Assembly (NCBI GenBank): GCA_019750255.1
Contig: JAIEOU010000003.1
Location: forward strand, 19,350 to 83,349
DNA from: Patescibacteria group bacterium
Lineage (GTDB): Bacteria; Patescibacteriota; Minisyncoccia; Phycocordibacterales; UBA918
DNA length: 64,000 nucleotides
Direction: 5' to 3'
Shown: piece by piece, positions 1-8,517 of the stretch
Position numbering within the stretch: the stretch's first letter is position 1
How the letters are laid out: the number at the start of each line of letters is the position of its first letter
Made by a program: the position numbers and the translations under genes
Notes under the pieces: model-generated
What the model was told of the DNA's origin: nothing
The model's database searches: none
What the model saw: the letters and a program-made list of their open reading frames with translations, nothing else

Positions 1-1999
1 CGCTTCCGCCCACCTTGACCGCAGTGACCGACCGCGACTCTCCGCAAAAATGATTGTCCATCCTGAAAACGAAATCTTTAGCCTCATCAGTCTTGGTAGC
101 CACGTGGTAAAACACGACCCTGGGTTTCGACAACTACTCGCTGACAGCGCGGTTCCCGAACACACATTTCATAGTGCCTTGCGCTGGGTGGTGATTGGCC
201 ACCACCGCAGCAAGCAGCGCTCCCGCTGGTGGGGAAGAGACATGCTTTCAAAGAACCCACCACTTGGTAGCGACCTCGCATACGGCACCACCTATCTGCT
301 CTCGCGCTTTACCCGCGACATCCGCAGTAGTACCGTTTTTTCCACCATCGCCAGCACCAACACCTTTAGCGATGAAATCGTTGGGGAAGTTGAAACTGCC
401 CTCTCCCGTCTCTCGGCCGCGAACGTACTCTTACTTGGCGATAGCGGGGTAGGGAAAATGGACCTGCTGGTATACGTACAAAAACGTCTCGACCAAGGAA
501 AATCTCTTGGTTCCATTACTGGATACAATCTCCACGTCCTTGATACCGCACGACTCTTTACCACGAGCCCGGACAAGCACACCTTTACCAACACCTTTTT
601 GTCTGTACTCACGGAAGCCGCCAATGCGGGTAACGTCGTAATTATCATCGAGGGTATCAGCGTCTTTATCAAAGAAGCTGAAGCGCTAGGAGTATTTATT
701 CCCGAACTCCTTGACCCATACCTCGCTTCACCGTCACTTCATATTATTGCAACCGACACCCCGGGAGCATTTCATGCCACACTCGAAACGCGCGGTGGCT
801 TTACCAGACGATTTGCCGAAATCACCCTCGAGGCCACCAGCCATGAAGGCACCCTCCGGGTACTCGAAAGTGTCGCTGTTGTAAACGAATCAGTCTACAA
901 CGTCCTCTTTACCTACCCGGCGCTTGAAGCCATCGCGCTGGGAGCTGACCGCTACATAGTGGAGGGTGTAATGCCAGGCAAAGCAGTAGAGCTCCTTATC
1001 GACATCGCCGGTAAAGCGGCGCACAGCAATCAACCGCTTATCACTGCCGACTTTGTGTACAGCACTCTTGGTGAGCGGACCGGTATTCCGGCCGGACCGA
1101 TTGACGCCAAAGAACGCGACCGCCTCCTCAATCTTGAAACCATTCTTCATGAGCGCGTGATTGGTCAAGACGCAGCTCTCCAGGCCGTTGCACGCACCAT
1201 GCGTCGTGCTCGCGCGGGAGTTCAAACTAGTGAACGTCCGATTGGTTCATTTTTATTTCTCGGCCCGACCGGTGTCGGAAAAACCGAAACCGCCAAAGCG
1301 CTCGCGCACGTATTCTTTGGCAATGAACAAAACATGCACCGGTTTGATATGACCGAATACAGCGAAGCTGGTTCACTTGCACGCCTCATCGGCAGCGCCG
1401 AATCATCAGGCGGACTTTGTGATGCCCTGCGAGAAAAGCCCTACGCCGTTGTACTCCTCGATGAATTTGAAAAAGCACACAAGACCGTACATGACCTGAT
1501 GCTCCAAATCCTCGACGAGGGCCGTTTCACCGACGCCCGCGGGGAAGTGGTGAACGCCCGTAACACCATTGTGGTAGCGACCAGTAATGCCGGGAGTGAC
1601 CTCATCATGCGCACCGTCGCGCAGCGCGGCGAGCTCGCTACCCTCGAGGCTGAAATTATTGACCACATCATAAACAGCGGCCTCTTCCGTCCCGAGCTCA
1701 TCAATCGTTTTGATAGTACCGTCATCTTTGAGCCACTTAATAAAGGAGCCCAGACTGAAGTGGCGCAGCTCTTCCTCCGCGAACTCGCAGATCGCATGAA
1801 AGAAAAAGGCTACACCCTCGCGATTACTTCTGACCTTATTGACGTAGTAGTTAAGGAAGGTTATCACCCTCAGTTTGGTGCTCGCCCCATGCGCCGTGCG
1901 GTACAGGACGTGGTCGAAGAAGCCATCGCCACCCGTATCATTGCAGGCACCACGAAACCTGGCGACACCATCACTCTCACCAAAGCCGACTTTGCCTAG
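1..1999 (+). CDS. ClpC/ClpB-family AAA+ ATPase, probably 5'-partial; D1 domain degenerate, D2 canonical
   Basis: The reading frame is open from the window start, and the ORF track gives Met at 50. D2 Walker A is FLFLGPTGVGKTE and Walker B is VVLLDEFEKAH. D1 has a Walker A-like LLLGDSGVGKM but its Walker B is replaced by IIIEGIS. The C-terminal Clp D2-small domain is present. Confidence 0.75.
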   Translation, partial: ASAHLDRSDRPRLSAKMIVHPENEIFSLISLGSHVVKHDPGFRQLLADSAVPEHTFHSALRWVVIGHHRSKQRSRWWGRDMLSKNPPLGSDLAYGTTYLLSRFTRDIRSSTVFSTIASTNTFSDEIVGEVETALSRLSAANVLLLGDSGVGKMDLLVYVQKRLDQGKSLGSITGYNLHVLDTARLFTTSPDKHTFTNTFLSVLTEAANAGNVVIIIEGISVFIKEAEALGVFIPELLDPYLASPSLHIIATDTPGAFHATLETRGGFTRRFAEITLEATSHEGTLRVLESVAVVNESVYNVLFTYPALEAIALGADRYIVEGVMPGKAVELLIDIAGKAAHSNQPLITADFVYSTLGERTGIPAGPIDAKERDRLLNLETILHERVIGQDAALQAVARTMRRARAGVQTSERPIGSFLFLGPTGVGKTETAKALAHVFFGNEQNMHRFDMTEYSEAGSLARLIGSAESSGGLCDALREKPYAVVLLDEFEKAHKTVHDLMLQILDEGRFTDARGEVVNARNTIVVATSNAGSDLIMRTVAQRGELATLEAEIIDHIINSGLFRPELINRFDSTVIFEPLNKGAQTEVAQLFLRELADRMKEKGYTLAITSDLIDVVVKEGYHPQFGARPMRRAVQDVVEEAIATRIIAGTTKPGDTITLTKADFA

Positions 2000-2068
2000 G
2001 AGACTTGTGGTCATCCAAACCCTGTGGCACTATGGCCGACAGTAAACCCAAGCAGCAGAGAGGTAGAC

Positions 2069-2254
2069 ATGGGTAGTCGTGGTGCCACACGCCATCATAT
2101 CTGTTATGGTTGCGGAAATATGGTGTCTCCCCGCAAAACACATAAGTGTCCAGGGAGGCCAGCACCCCCTATGGTGTACGCCGCCCGGAGCGAGACAGAC
2201 CCCAGTGTTCGTTCTTCTGAACAATCCGCAGCAACCAACAACAGCACTGAGTGA
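2069..2254 (+). CDS. Small (61 aa) putative zinc-ribbon protein, Cys-x2-Cys...His-x-Cys
   Basis: Internal ATG of ORF 2024..2254 preceded by the SD-like sequence agagaggtagac. Carries the motif CYGCGNMV-x6-HKC. Paralogous to the next ORF. Confidence 0.35.
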   Translation: MGSRGATRHHICYGCGNMVSPRKTHKCPGRPAPPMVYAARSETDPSVRSSEQSAATNNSTE

Positions 2255-2267
2255 CGGGAGACAGGTG

Positions 2268-2459
2268 ATGGGAAAAAACCAACGGGTGAAATGTTTGGGG
2301 TGCAAGCAGATGGTGCGAAATTTTTCTTCACACCACTGCACAGGTTACGTGGAAAAAAAACTGACTCCTCGTGCAGTGCGTAATGCACGACCCGTGCCGA
2401 ACACGGGTAAGGCCGCACATCCAAACAACCAAAAGCGGGGCACGGAAGGTTTACGCTAA
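2268..2459 (+). CDS. Small (63 aa) putative zinc-ribbon protein, tandem paralog of 2069..2254
   Basis: ATG at 2268 preceded by ggagacaggtg. Carries the motif CLGCKQMV-x6-HHC, with the same spacing as the upstream paralog. Confidence 0.35.
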   Translation: MGKNQRVKCLGCKQMVRNFSSHHCTGYVEKKLTPRAVRNARPVPNTGKAAHPNNQKRGTEGLR

Positions 2460-2478
2460 ACTTCAATCAGTCCCAATC

Positions 2479-2516
2479 GGCGGCACACTCTGCACAGAGG
2501 TGCCGCCCTTTTATTT
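2479..2516 (+). terminator. Rho-independent terminator
   Basis: Stem ggcggcac/gtgccgcc followed by cttttattt. Confidence 0.5.
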
Positions 2517-2577
2517 ACCCGCAACAACTACCACCGTCTGCCGGTAATTAAATTCATCACCATCCGTCATAACCAAC

Positions 2578-3699
2578 ATGACTACCATAACCCATAATCT
2601 TCGTGGCGCCCTCCTCGCATTCATACTGTTGCTTAGTGTTTTTATTACCAGCCCAGCAGCGGAAGCAAAAAGCCTGCCGCCCGTTATTACCGACAGCACC
2701 GACCTGGTAATCGGAGACAGCGTCTCGTGTCCCAACCTCACCCGCAGCCTCTCTCGTGGCATGCGTGACGAGAGGCAGGTACGCGCTCTTCAATCATTTC
2801 TCGCTACCCACTACTCGTACCCCGAGGCCGATCTCATCACTGGTTACTTTGGCCCCACTACCGAAGGTCTCGTGCGCCGTTTTCAAAGTGAAGCGGGAGT
2901 CCCGACTCTTGGCATGGTCGGCCCGCTTACTCGGGCCGCAATTGGCAAAGCCTGTGGTGCGAGCGGACCCGGACTCACCCTCACTAGTCCAAAAGCCGAC
3001 ACCGTATATGGTCTTGGTGATGACATCACGGTGACCTGGAACACCACTTCAACAGTAGCCTCGACCACGGGCATGTTTGTGCAGCTCGTAGCTGTCGATA
3101 CCAAGGAAATTATGAAATCAGAATTTGTAGAATACGCGAGCGGCACAGCTACTCTCAGTACCGATGAGTTTTGTAACGGAAATTTCTCTGACGCCATCTT
3201 CGGCGGTTGTGAAAATATTAAAGAGGCGCTAAAGGAAGGGAAGCTGCCGTTTAGAATCTACGCCGCTCTCTATACCCCCAAGGACACGTGCTTTGGTTTC
3301 TGTGCCTCTACCAGCTCTGCCACCATCCTCACCAAAACGATGGGTAACACGTTCCACATCGTCGATAGCGGAAGCAAGGACTTCAGTATCAGGAGCGCGT
3401 CTGGCAGTACACCCTTTGCCGCCGAGTTTCTGATTGGCAAAGAGGGAGAATTCAGCCTCGACTTTGGTGACGGAAAGAAGGCGAGCGTGACCGTACCCGG
3501 TATCCGCTGTATCACCACTCCCTGCAACACACCGGTAAAATCAGTTCCACACACCTACACCCGCCCCGGCACCTACGCTGCCACCCTTACACAAATCGTA
3601 AAGAACACCTGCGAAGGCAGCGGCGACACAGTCTGCGCCGCCTGGTACTCCAGGGAAGAGATGATTGGCACCATCACGGTTGAAGTGAAGAAACGCTAA
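2578..3699 (+). CDS. Secreted Cys-rich protein with a putative peptidoglycan-binding (PG_binding_1-like) domain
   Basis: N-terminal signal peptide MTTITHNLRGALLAFILLLSVFITSPAAEA. The segment RALQSFLATHYSYPEADLITGYFGPTTEGLVRRFQ resembles PG-binding domains. The mature part contains many Cys residues. Confidence 0.55.
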   Translation: MTTITHNLRGALLAFILLLSVFITSPAAEAKSLPPVITDSTDLVIGDSVSCPNLTRSLSRGMRDERQVRALQSFLATHYSYPEADLITGYFGPTTEGLVRRFQSEAGVPTLGMVGPLTRAAIGKACGASGPGLTLTSPKADTVYGLGDDITVTWNTTSTVASTTGMFVQLVAVDTKEIMKSEFVEYASGTATLSTDEFCNGNFSDAIFGGCENIKEALKEGKLPFRIYAALYTPKDTCFGFCASTSSATILTKTMGNTFHIVDSGSKDFSIRSASGSTPFAAEFLIGKEGEFSLDFGDGKKASVTVPGIRCITTPCNTPVKSVPHTYTRPGTYAATLTQIVKNTCEGSGDTVCAAWYSREEMIGTITVEVKKR

Positions 3700-3726
3700 C
3701 GATCCAGTCATAGTCCCCATAGCGGA

Positions 3727-3765
3727 AACAACCGGCACATCCCTACGGGATGTGCCGGTTGTTTC
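3727..3765 (+). terminator. Strong hairpin terminator
   Basis: Arms aaacaaccggcacatccc and gggatgtgccggttgttt with an 18-bp stem. Confidence 0.55.
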
Positions 3766-3832
3766 ATGCCCGCTTCACCTCCCGCCGGCCAATTGAACCT
3801 CAACCGGTTTCCTGCTAGGCTTCATCATATAT

Positions 3833-6562
3833 ATGATAAGCCGCAACGAAATCCGTGTCCGGGCCAGGGAATTTTCAAAAGAATGGGAACGTGAGGTAGA
3901 CGAGGATGCTGAAGCTAAAAGTTTTTGGGACGCTTTCTTTATGGTGTTTGGTGTTTCCCGTCGCCGCGTTGCTGCCTTTGAACACTTCGTCCACAAACAA
4001 GACGGCGGGCAAGGGTTCATAGATGTGCTGTGGCCGGGAGTAATGCTCGCCGAGCACAAGAGCCGCGGCAAGAGTTTGGACCGCGCCTTTAGCCAAGCCA
4101 AGGATTATTTTCCTGGCCTCAAAGACGCCGAGCTCCCACGGTATGTGGTCGTATCTGACTTTGCCCTTATTCGGGTCTACGATTTGGATAACGATACGGA
4201 AGTTGAGTTCTCACTTTCCGACCTCGACAAACACATCGAACTCTTTGGATTTATATCCGGCTACGAAGTGCGTAAGTACGAAGCGGAAGAAGAGGCGAGT
4301 ATAAAAGCAGCAGAGCTCATGGCGAAACTTCACGAAGCGATTGAAGTGACCGGCTATAGCGGGCACGACCTCGAAGTGTTTCTCGTGCGTATACTCTTTT
4401 GTCTCTTTGCCGATGACACCGAGATATTTGAAAAGGGGAGTTTCAGGAGGTACATCGAGCAGCGCACGAGCGAAGAAGGGAGCGACCTTGGATTTCGCCT
4501 CCTTGAACTTTTTGACGTCCTCAACACTCCCGACGCAAAGCGCCAAACCACGCTTGATGAACAGCTGTCCGAGTTCCCCTACATCAACGGCGCAATCTTT
4601 GCTGAACGAATCGGGTCAATCACCCTCGACCACAAAGCACGAGCAACTCTTCTCACGTGTTGTGCCTTTAACTGGTCGGGTATATCAGCAGCTATTTTCG
4701 GCTCACTCTTCCAGGGGGTAATGAATAAGCAAGAGCGTCGTGAACTAGGTGCTCACTATACAAGCGAGATCAATATCATGAAGGTGATTCAACCCCTTTT
4801 CCTCGATGAGCTCTACAACGAATTCGATGCCGCAAAGAAAAGCGCAAAGGCCCTCGATTCCTTCCACCAAAAACTGGCGAGCCTTACCTTCCTCGATCCA
4901 GCCTGCGGCTGTGGCAACTTCCTCGTTACCACCTATCGCGAGCTTCGTCGTCTCGAAATTCAGGTACTGTTGAAAAAGCGGAAGCACAATACGAACACTC
5001 TCCTCGCCTTCGGAGCCGGTGAACTTTCGCGCCTTCATGTAAACCAGTTTTACGGAATTGAGATTGAGGAGTTTCCTGCACTCGTTGCTCGTACTGCCAT
5101 GTACCTGGCCGACCACCAAATGACGCGTGAACTGCAAAAAGAGTTCGGGCAAGAGAAGGCCCGTATCCCACTACAGGAGCCGGCAACCATTGTGCACGGG
5201 AACGCTCTTACCATTGAGTGGGCAGAAGTAATTGCTCCGGAGAAACTTTCGTATATTATCGGCAACCCACCGTTTCTGGGCCAGACCTATCAAAGCAAAC
5301 AGCAGAAAGAAGAAGTCGCAAAGGTACTGTCGGGAATAAAGAAAACAGGCACGCTCGATTTCGTATCTGCGTGGTATGGGAAAGCTGCCGATCTAATGAA
5401 GCAAAATCCTAAGATACAGACTGCACTAGTATCAACTAATTCCATCACCCAAGGTGAGCAGGTGGGTATTCTTTGGAAGTATCTACTGGAGAATGGGGTA
5501 AAAATTAACTTCGCTCACCAGACTTTCCGCTGGACGAACGACGCAAAGGGCAAGGCGGCGGTACACTGCGTCATTGTCGGTTTTGCACTTTTCGATAAAC
5601 CTACCAAATGGCTTTATCTATACTCGAATATAGACGGTGAGGGAACGGAGGTAGGGGTTAAAAACATAAATCCATATCTTGTTGATGGACCAAATATTCT
5701 TCTTGAGAGCCGAAGCAAGCCGGTTTGTAAAGCACCAAAAATGATTCGAGGCAGCCAACCAACGGACGGGGGCAACCTTTTACTCACACAAGAAGAAAAG
5801 GACACACTTGTCATGAATGACCCATTGGTTGCAAAATTCATACGACCATTCTTGATGGGTAACGAATTTATTAATAATATTAAACGTTACTGTCTATGGC
5901 TCAAAGATTGTTCGCCAAATGAACTCAAGGAAATGCCTGAAGTAATGAGACGAATAGAATCCGTTCGTAAAGTTAGACTAGCAAGTAAGAAAGCAGCGAC
6001 CCAAAAGTTAGCGTCTTTACCATTTCTTTTTGGAGAAATTAGAACATCTGAATCATGTTACCTTGCAGTACCAACTGTCTCATCAGAGAACAGAAGTTAT
6101 ATTCCAATCGGATTTTTGCCCCCAGATGTTATTGCGGGAAATAAAATATATTTCATACCCAACGCAAATATTTTTAACTTTGGAATCCTGACTTCAAAGA
6201 TGCACATGGTCTGGACTCGATACACATGTGGCCGGCTGAAAAGTGATTACAACTACTCTAATAAAATTGTCTACAACAACTTCCCGTGGCCAGGGTGTGG
6301 TGCAAATGTCACTGACCTAAGTGTAGAAGCGAAAGAAAAAATCGAAGCCGCAGCGCAAGCAGTACTCGATGCTCGTGCCCAGTTCCCAAACTCATCCCTC
6401 GCCGATCTCTACGATCCACGCACCATGCCACCAGTACTCGTAAAAGCTCACGCCGCCCTCGACCGTGCCGTCGATGCCGCCTACAGCTACCGCGACACTG
6501 GCCTCGACGCCGACCGCATTGCTTTCTTGTTTGAGCGTTACCAAAAAATTATTAATTCTTAA
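3833..6562 (+). CDS. MmeI-family type IIL restriction-modification enzyme (fused endonuclease, N6-adenine methyltransferase and target-recognition domain)
   Basis: The N-terminus matches MmeI (MISRNEIRVRAREFSKEWE...AKSFWDAFFMVFGV...). A PD-ExK-like motif GFIDVLWPGVMLAEHK is present. MTase motif I is FLDPACGCGNFL and motif IV is GNPPFLG. Length is 909 aa versus MmeI at about 919 aa. Confidence 0.85.
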   Translation: MISRNEIRVRAREFSKEWEREVDEDAEAKSFWDAFFMVFGVSRRRVAAFEHFVHKQDGGQGFIDVLWPGVMLAEHKSRGKSLDRAFSQAKDYFPGLKDAELPRYVVVSDFALIRVYDLDNDTEVEFSLSDLDKHIELFGFISGYEVRKYEAEEEASIKAAELMAKLHEAIEVTGYSGHDLEVFLVRILFCLFADDTEIFEKGSFRRYIEQRTSEEGSDLGFRLLELFDVLNTPDAKRQTTLDEQLSEFPYINGAIFAERIGSITLDHKARATLLTCCAFNWSGISAAIFGSLFQGVMNKQERRELGAHYTSEINIMKVIQPLFLDELYNEFDAAKKSAKALDSFHQKLASLTFLDPACGCGNFLVTTYRELRRLEIQVLLKKRKHNTNTLLAFGAGELSRLHVNQFYGIEIEEFPALVARTAMYLADHQMTRELQKEFGQEKARIPLQEPATIVHGNALTIEWAEVIAPEKLSYIIGNPPFLGQTYQSKQQKEEVAKVLSGIKKTGTLDFVSAWYGKAADLMKQNPKIQTALVSTNSITQGEQVGILWKYLLENGVKINFAHQTFRWTNDAKGKAAVHCVIVGFALFDKPTKWLYLYSNIDGEGTEVGVKNINPYLVDGPNILLESRSKPVCKAPKMIRGSQPTDGGNLLLTQEEKDTLVMNDPLVAKFIRPFLMGNEFINNIKRYCLWLKDCSPNELKEMPEVMRRIESVRKVRLASKKAATQKLASLPFLFGEIRTSESCYLAVPTVSSENRSYIPIGFLPPDVIAGNKIYFIPNANIFNFGILTSKMHMVWTRYTCGRLKSDYNYSNKIVYNNFPWPGCGANVTDLSVEAKEKIEAAAQAVLDARAQFPNSSLADLYDPRTMPPVLVKAHAALDRAVDAAYSYRDTGLDADRIAFLFERYQKIINS

Positions 6563-6574
6563 ACGCAAAAAATA

Positions 6575-6605
6575 AACCAGCCACCGTTCGGTGGTTGGTT
6601 TTAAT
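6575..6605 (+). terminator. Rho-independent terminator after the RM gene
   Basis: Stem aaccagccacc/ggtggttggtt followed by ttaatttt. Confidence 0.5.
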
Positions 6606-6660
6606 TTTAAGCCGGTAACTTTTTTTGTGTTGCCACCTGCATCAGGGATAAGCCGACGAC

Positions 6661-7419
6661 CTACTTTCGTAGCGACGCAATCAGGGCATCGAGCTTCTCG
6701 TTTAAGTCACGCTCTTTGCGATCACTCTCTGGCTGATTGATGGCGCTCGAGGCCACGCCGATAATAATGCTGAGGAGCACAAACACCGTGGTGACAATAA
6801 AGCCGATGAAGAATAGGCCGGCCCAGGGATACACACTCATGAGTGGGCGCACTACATCGCTCCACGCATCCAGGGTCATGATTTGAAAAAGTGTAAAGAG
6901 GGCGTTGTCGAGATCGGCGAAGTGTTCCGGTGAAGCCGCGCGAAAGAATTTTACCGACAGCACGGCACAAACATACAAAATCACCGACAGCACACACATC
7001 ACGGCAAAGCTGCCCATGAGCGCCCGACCAATACCAGAGAGCACATCTCGGAACGAGGGTACAACACTAAGGAGCCGAAGAATACGAACTGCTCGCAAAG
7101 CCGATACGTTACCAAGTCCCGCAATGCCAAGGAGGGGAAGAAGCGTCACGAACACTACAGAGAAATCAAACCAGTTCCAACCGCTGCGGAAAAAACTGAG
7201 GCGAAAAACACTGATACGAAGTACGAGCTCGCTCACAAAGACAGCGAGGAACAGTTTATCAATCACAAGTAATGTTGGGCCGATACTGGTCATGACGGCA
7301 GGGTAGGTCTCGAGCGCGAGCGTAATCGCATTAAGCACGATTGCGGTGATGATGAATCGCTCAAACCACACATTTGAAACCAACGCTTGGAAAAAAGATG
7401 TCTTATTCATGCCCGACAT
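6661..7419 (-). CDS. Ion-transport protein, voltage-gated cation channel family (NaChBac/CavBac-like 6-TM)
   Basis: S4-like segment LRAVRILRLLSVVPSFRDV with regularly spaced Arg. Pore loop FTLFQIMTLDAWSDV followed by an S6 helix. Multiple TM helices. Confidence 0.7.
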   Translation of the reverse strand: MSGMNKTSFFQALVSNVWFERFIITAIVLNAITLALETYPAVMTSIGPTLLVIDKLFLAVFVSELVLRISVFRLSFFRSGWNWFDFSVVFVTLLPLLGIAGLGNVSALRAVRILRLLSVVPSFRDVLSGIGRALMGSFAVMCVLSVILYVCAVLSVKFFRAASPEHFADLDNALFTLFQIMTLDAWSDVVRPLMSVYPWAGLFFIGFIVTTVFVLLSIIIGVASSAINQPESDRKERDLNEKLDALIASLRK

Positions 7420-8030
7420 GGTACGACACCAGGTGGAATTCGACTAGTGCGACGATATGGGAAATGGTATTCAGAGAGACCTCACTGTTTTCGTGTGTAA
7501 TGAAACGCGAATTCCGACAGCTGGGGGAAGGTGCCACGGGACCACAGTACGCATGTACCGTATGCGGCCGTTAGTTCATTTTGGTCTGAGAGCGTACCAC
7601 TCGTCCGCCGCTATGTGTTCCATGGCTTGCCGAAGTCTCCAGCATTAGCCCATTACATATATACGTATAGGCGCAAAAGCCCTGGTATCTAAGCGAAGTA
7701 ACGTGAGGCGTGCTCCAAGCCCAAGAAACGTCCGTTCACACAAACCGTTACCTAACGTGGTTACACACCAAGCGCTGGCCGTGGCCGCGGAACAGTGTTT
7801 CATGCGAATACCGGAACAGCACTCTGACCTGCGTAACCATGATGACCGCGGGGTCAAAACGAGGGGGTCTGTTGACAGGGTCGTCAGTATTGCGTGTGGC
7901 TTGCTTTTTTAAATAAAGTATGCTATAGTTCTTGCAACCTTCGCGGTTATTATTGGCACGTAGACCTCTGCTCCACTTGTGTGGGCGTATCTAATAGGAA
8001 AGCGTGCCGCGATCTCATTTACACACATAT

Positions 8031-8297
8031 ATGTTAACGAAACGAGTAAAAGAAAACGTGCTTAAAAACACTCGCCGTCACGATAGTGATACGGGTTCAC
8101 CAGAGGCACAAGTAGCCCTCCTCACTCGTCAGATTGAAGAGCTCTCTACCCACCTCAAAAAGCACAAGAAGGATTTCCACTCACGTCGTGGTCTCCTCCA
8201 GATCGTGGCCGACCGCCGCAAGCAGCTCAATTACCTCGAGAAGAAAGATGAAAAAGCCTACAAGGCACTGATCAAGAAGCTCGGTATCAAGCGCTAA
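8031..8297 (+). CDS. rpsO: 30S ribosomal protein S15
   Basis: MLTKRVKENVLKNTRRHDSDTGSPEAQVALLTRQIEELSTHLKKHKKDFHSRRGLL... at 88 aa (internal Met of ORF 8004..8297). A TTGACA...TGcTATAGT promoter lies at about 7865-7930. Confidence 0.9.
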   Translation: MLTKRVKENVLKNTRRHDSDTGSPEAQVALLTRQIEELSTHLKKHKKDFHSRRGLLQIVADRRKQLNYLEKKDEKAYKALIKKLGIKR

Positions 8298-8305
8298 CCA
8301 GCGAC

Positions 8306-8413
8306 CCTAAAGCCCCATCTACTTTGTTGCCTACGTCGCTCGTGCCGCTCACCGTATCATCACAGGTACGGCTCGGACACTCGCTCGTCGGCGCCTCGTA
8401 GCTGGGGCTTTAT
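8306..8413 (+). promoter_or_regulatory. Structured RNA element immediately 3' of rpsO (long-range stem plus inner hairpins); candidate RNase III/terminator/leader structure
   Basis: taaagccccatctac (8306-8320) pairs with gtagctggggcttta (8399-8413) in 14 of 15 positions. There is an inner hairpin ccgtatcatcacaggtacgg. Confidence 0.3.
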
Positions 8414-8517
8414 CGTACGCTTGTTTCTGCGACCTGGAGCAACGGAAACATTTGGAGTATAGTAAGTACGCAGCGGAGATTTTAATAAACGAAGGACGTA
8501 ATTTACATAATAACTAT

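Noticed and set aside
1406-2014. 202-aa antisense ORF opposite clpC, plus similar antisense ORFs in the MmeI-family gene (4745..5152), polA (47382..47864, 48427..48939) and the Mur ligase gene (51634..52139)
   Set aside because: They overlap strongly supported genes on the other strand and have no motifs. These are spurious.
7700-7880. Minus-strand CAGGTCAG motif, reminiscent of SRP (4.5S) RNA domain IV
   Set aside because: The diagnostic GGAA tetraloop and AGCAGCC/GGAAGCAGC conserved internal-loop sequence are absent, and no long hairpin could be built.
8452-8517. N-terminal 22 aa of ORF 8452 (MEYSKYAAEILINEGRNLHNNY) as part of the NYN protein
   Set aside because: NYN/LabA domains normally begin right at the conserved (R/K)VA(I/V)xID segment. 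The ATG at 8518 fits that, and the upstream stretch overlaps a TATAGT promoter-like box. The internal start is preferred at moderate confidence.
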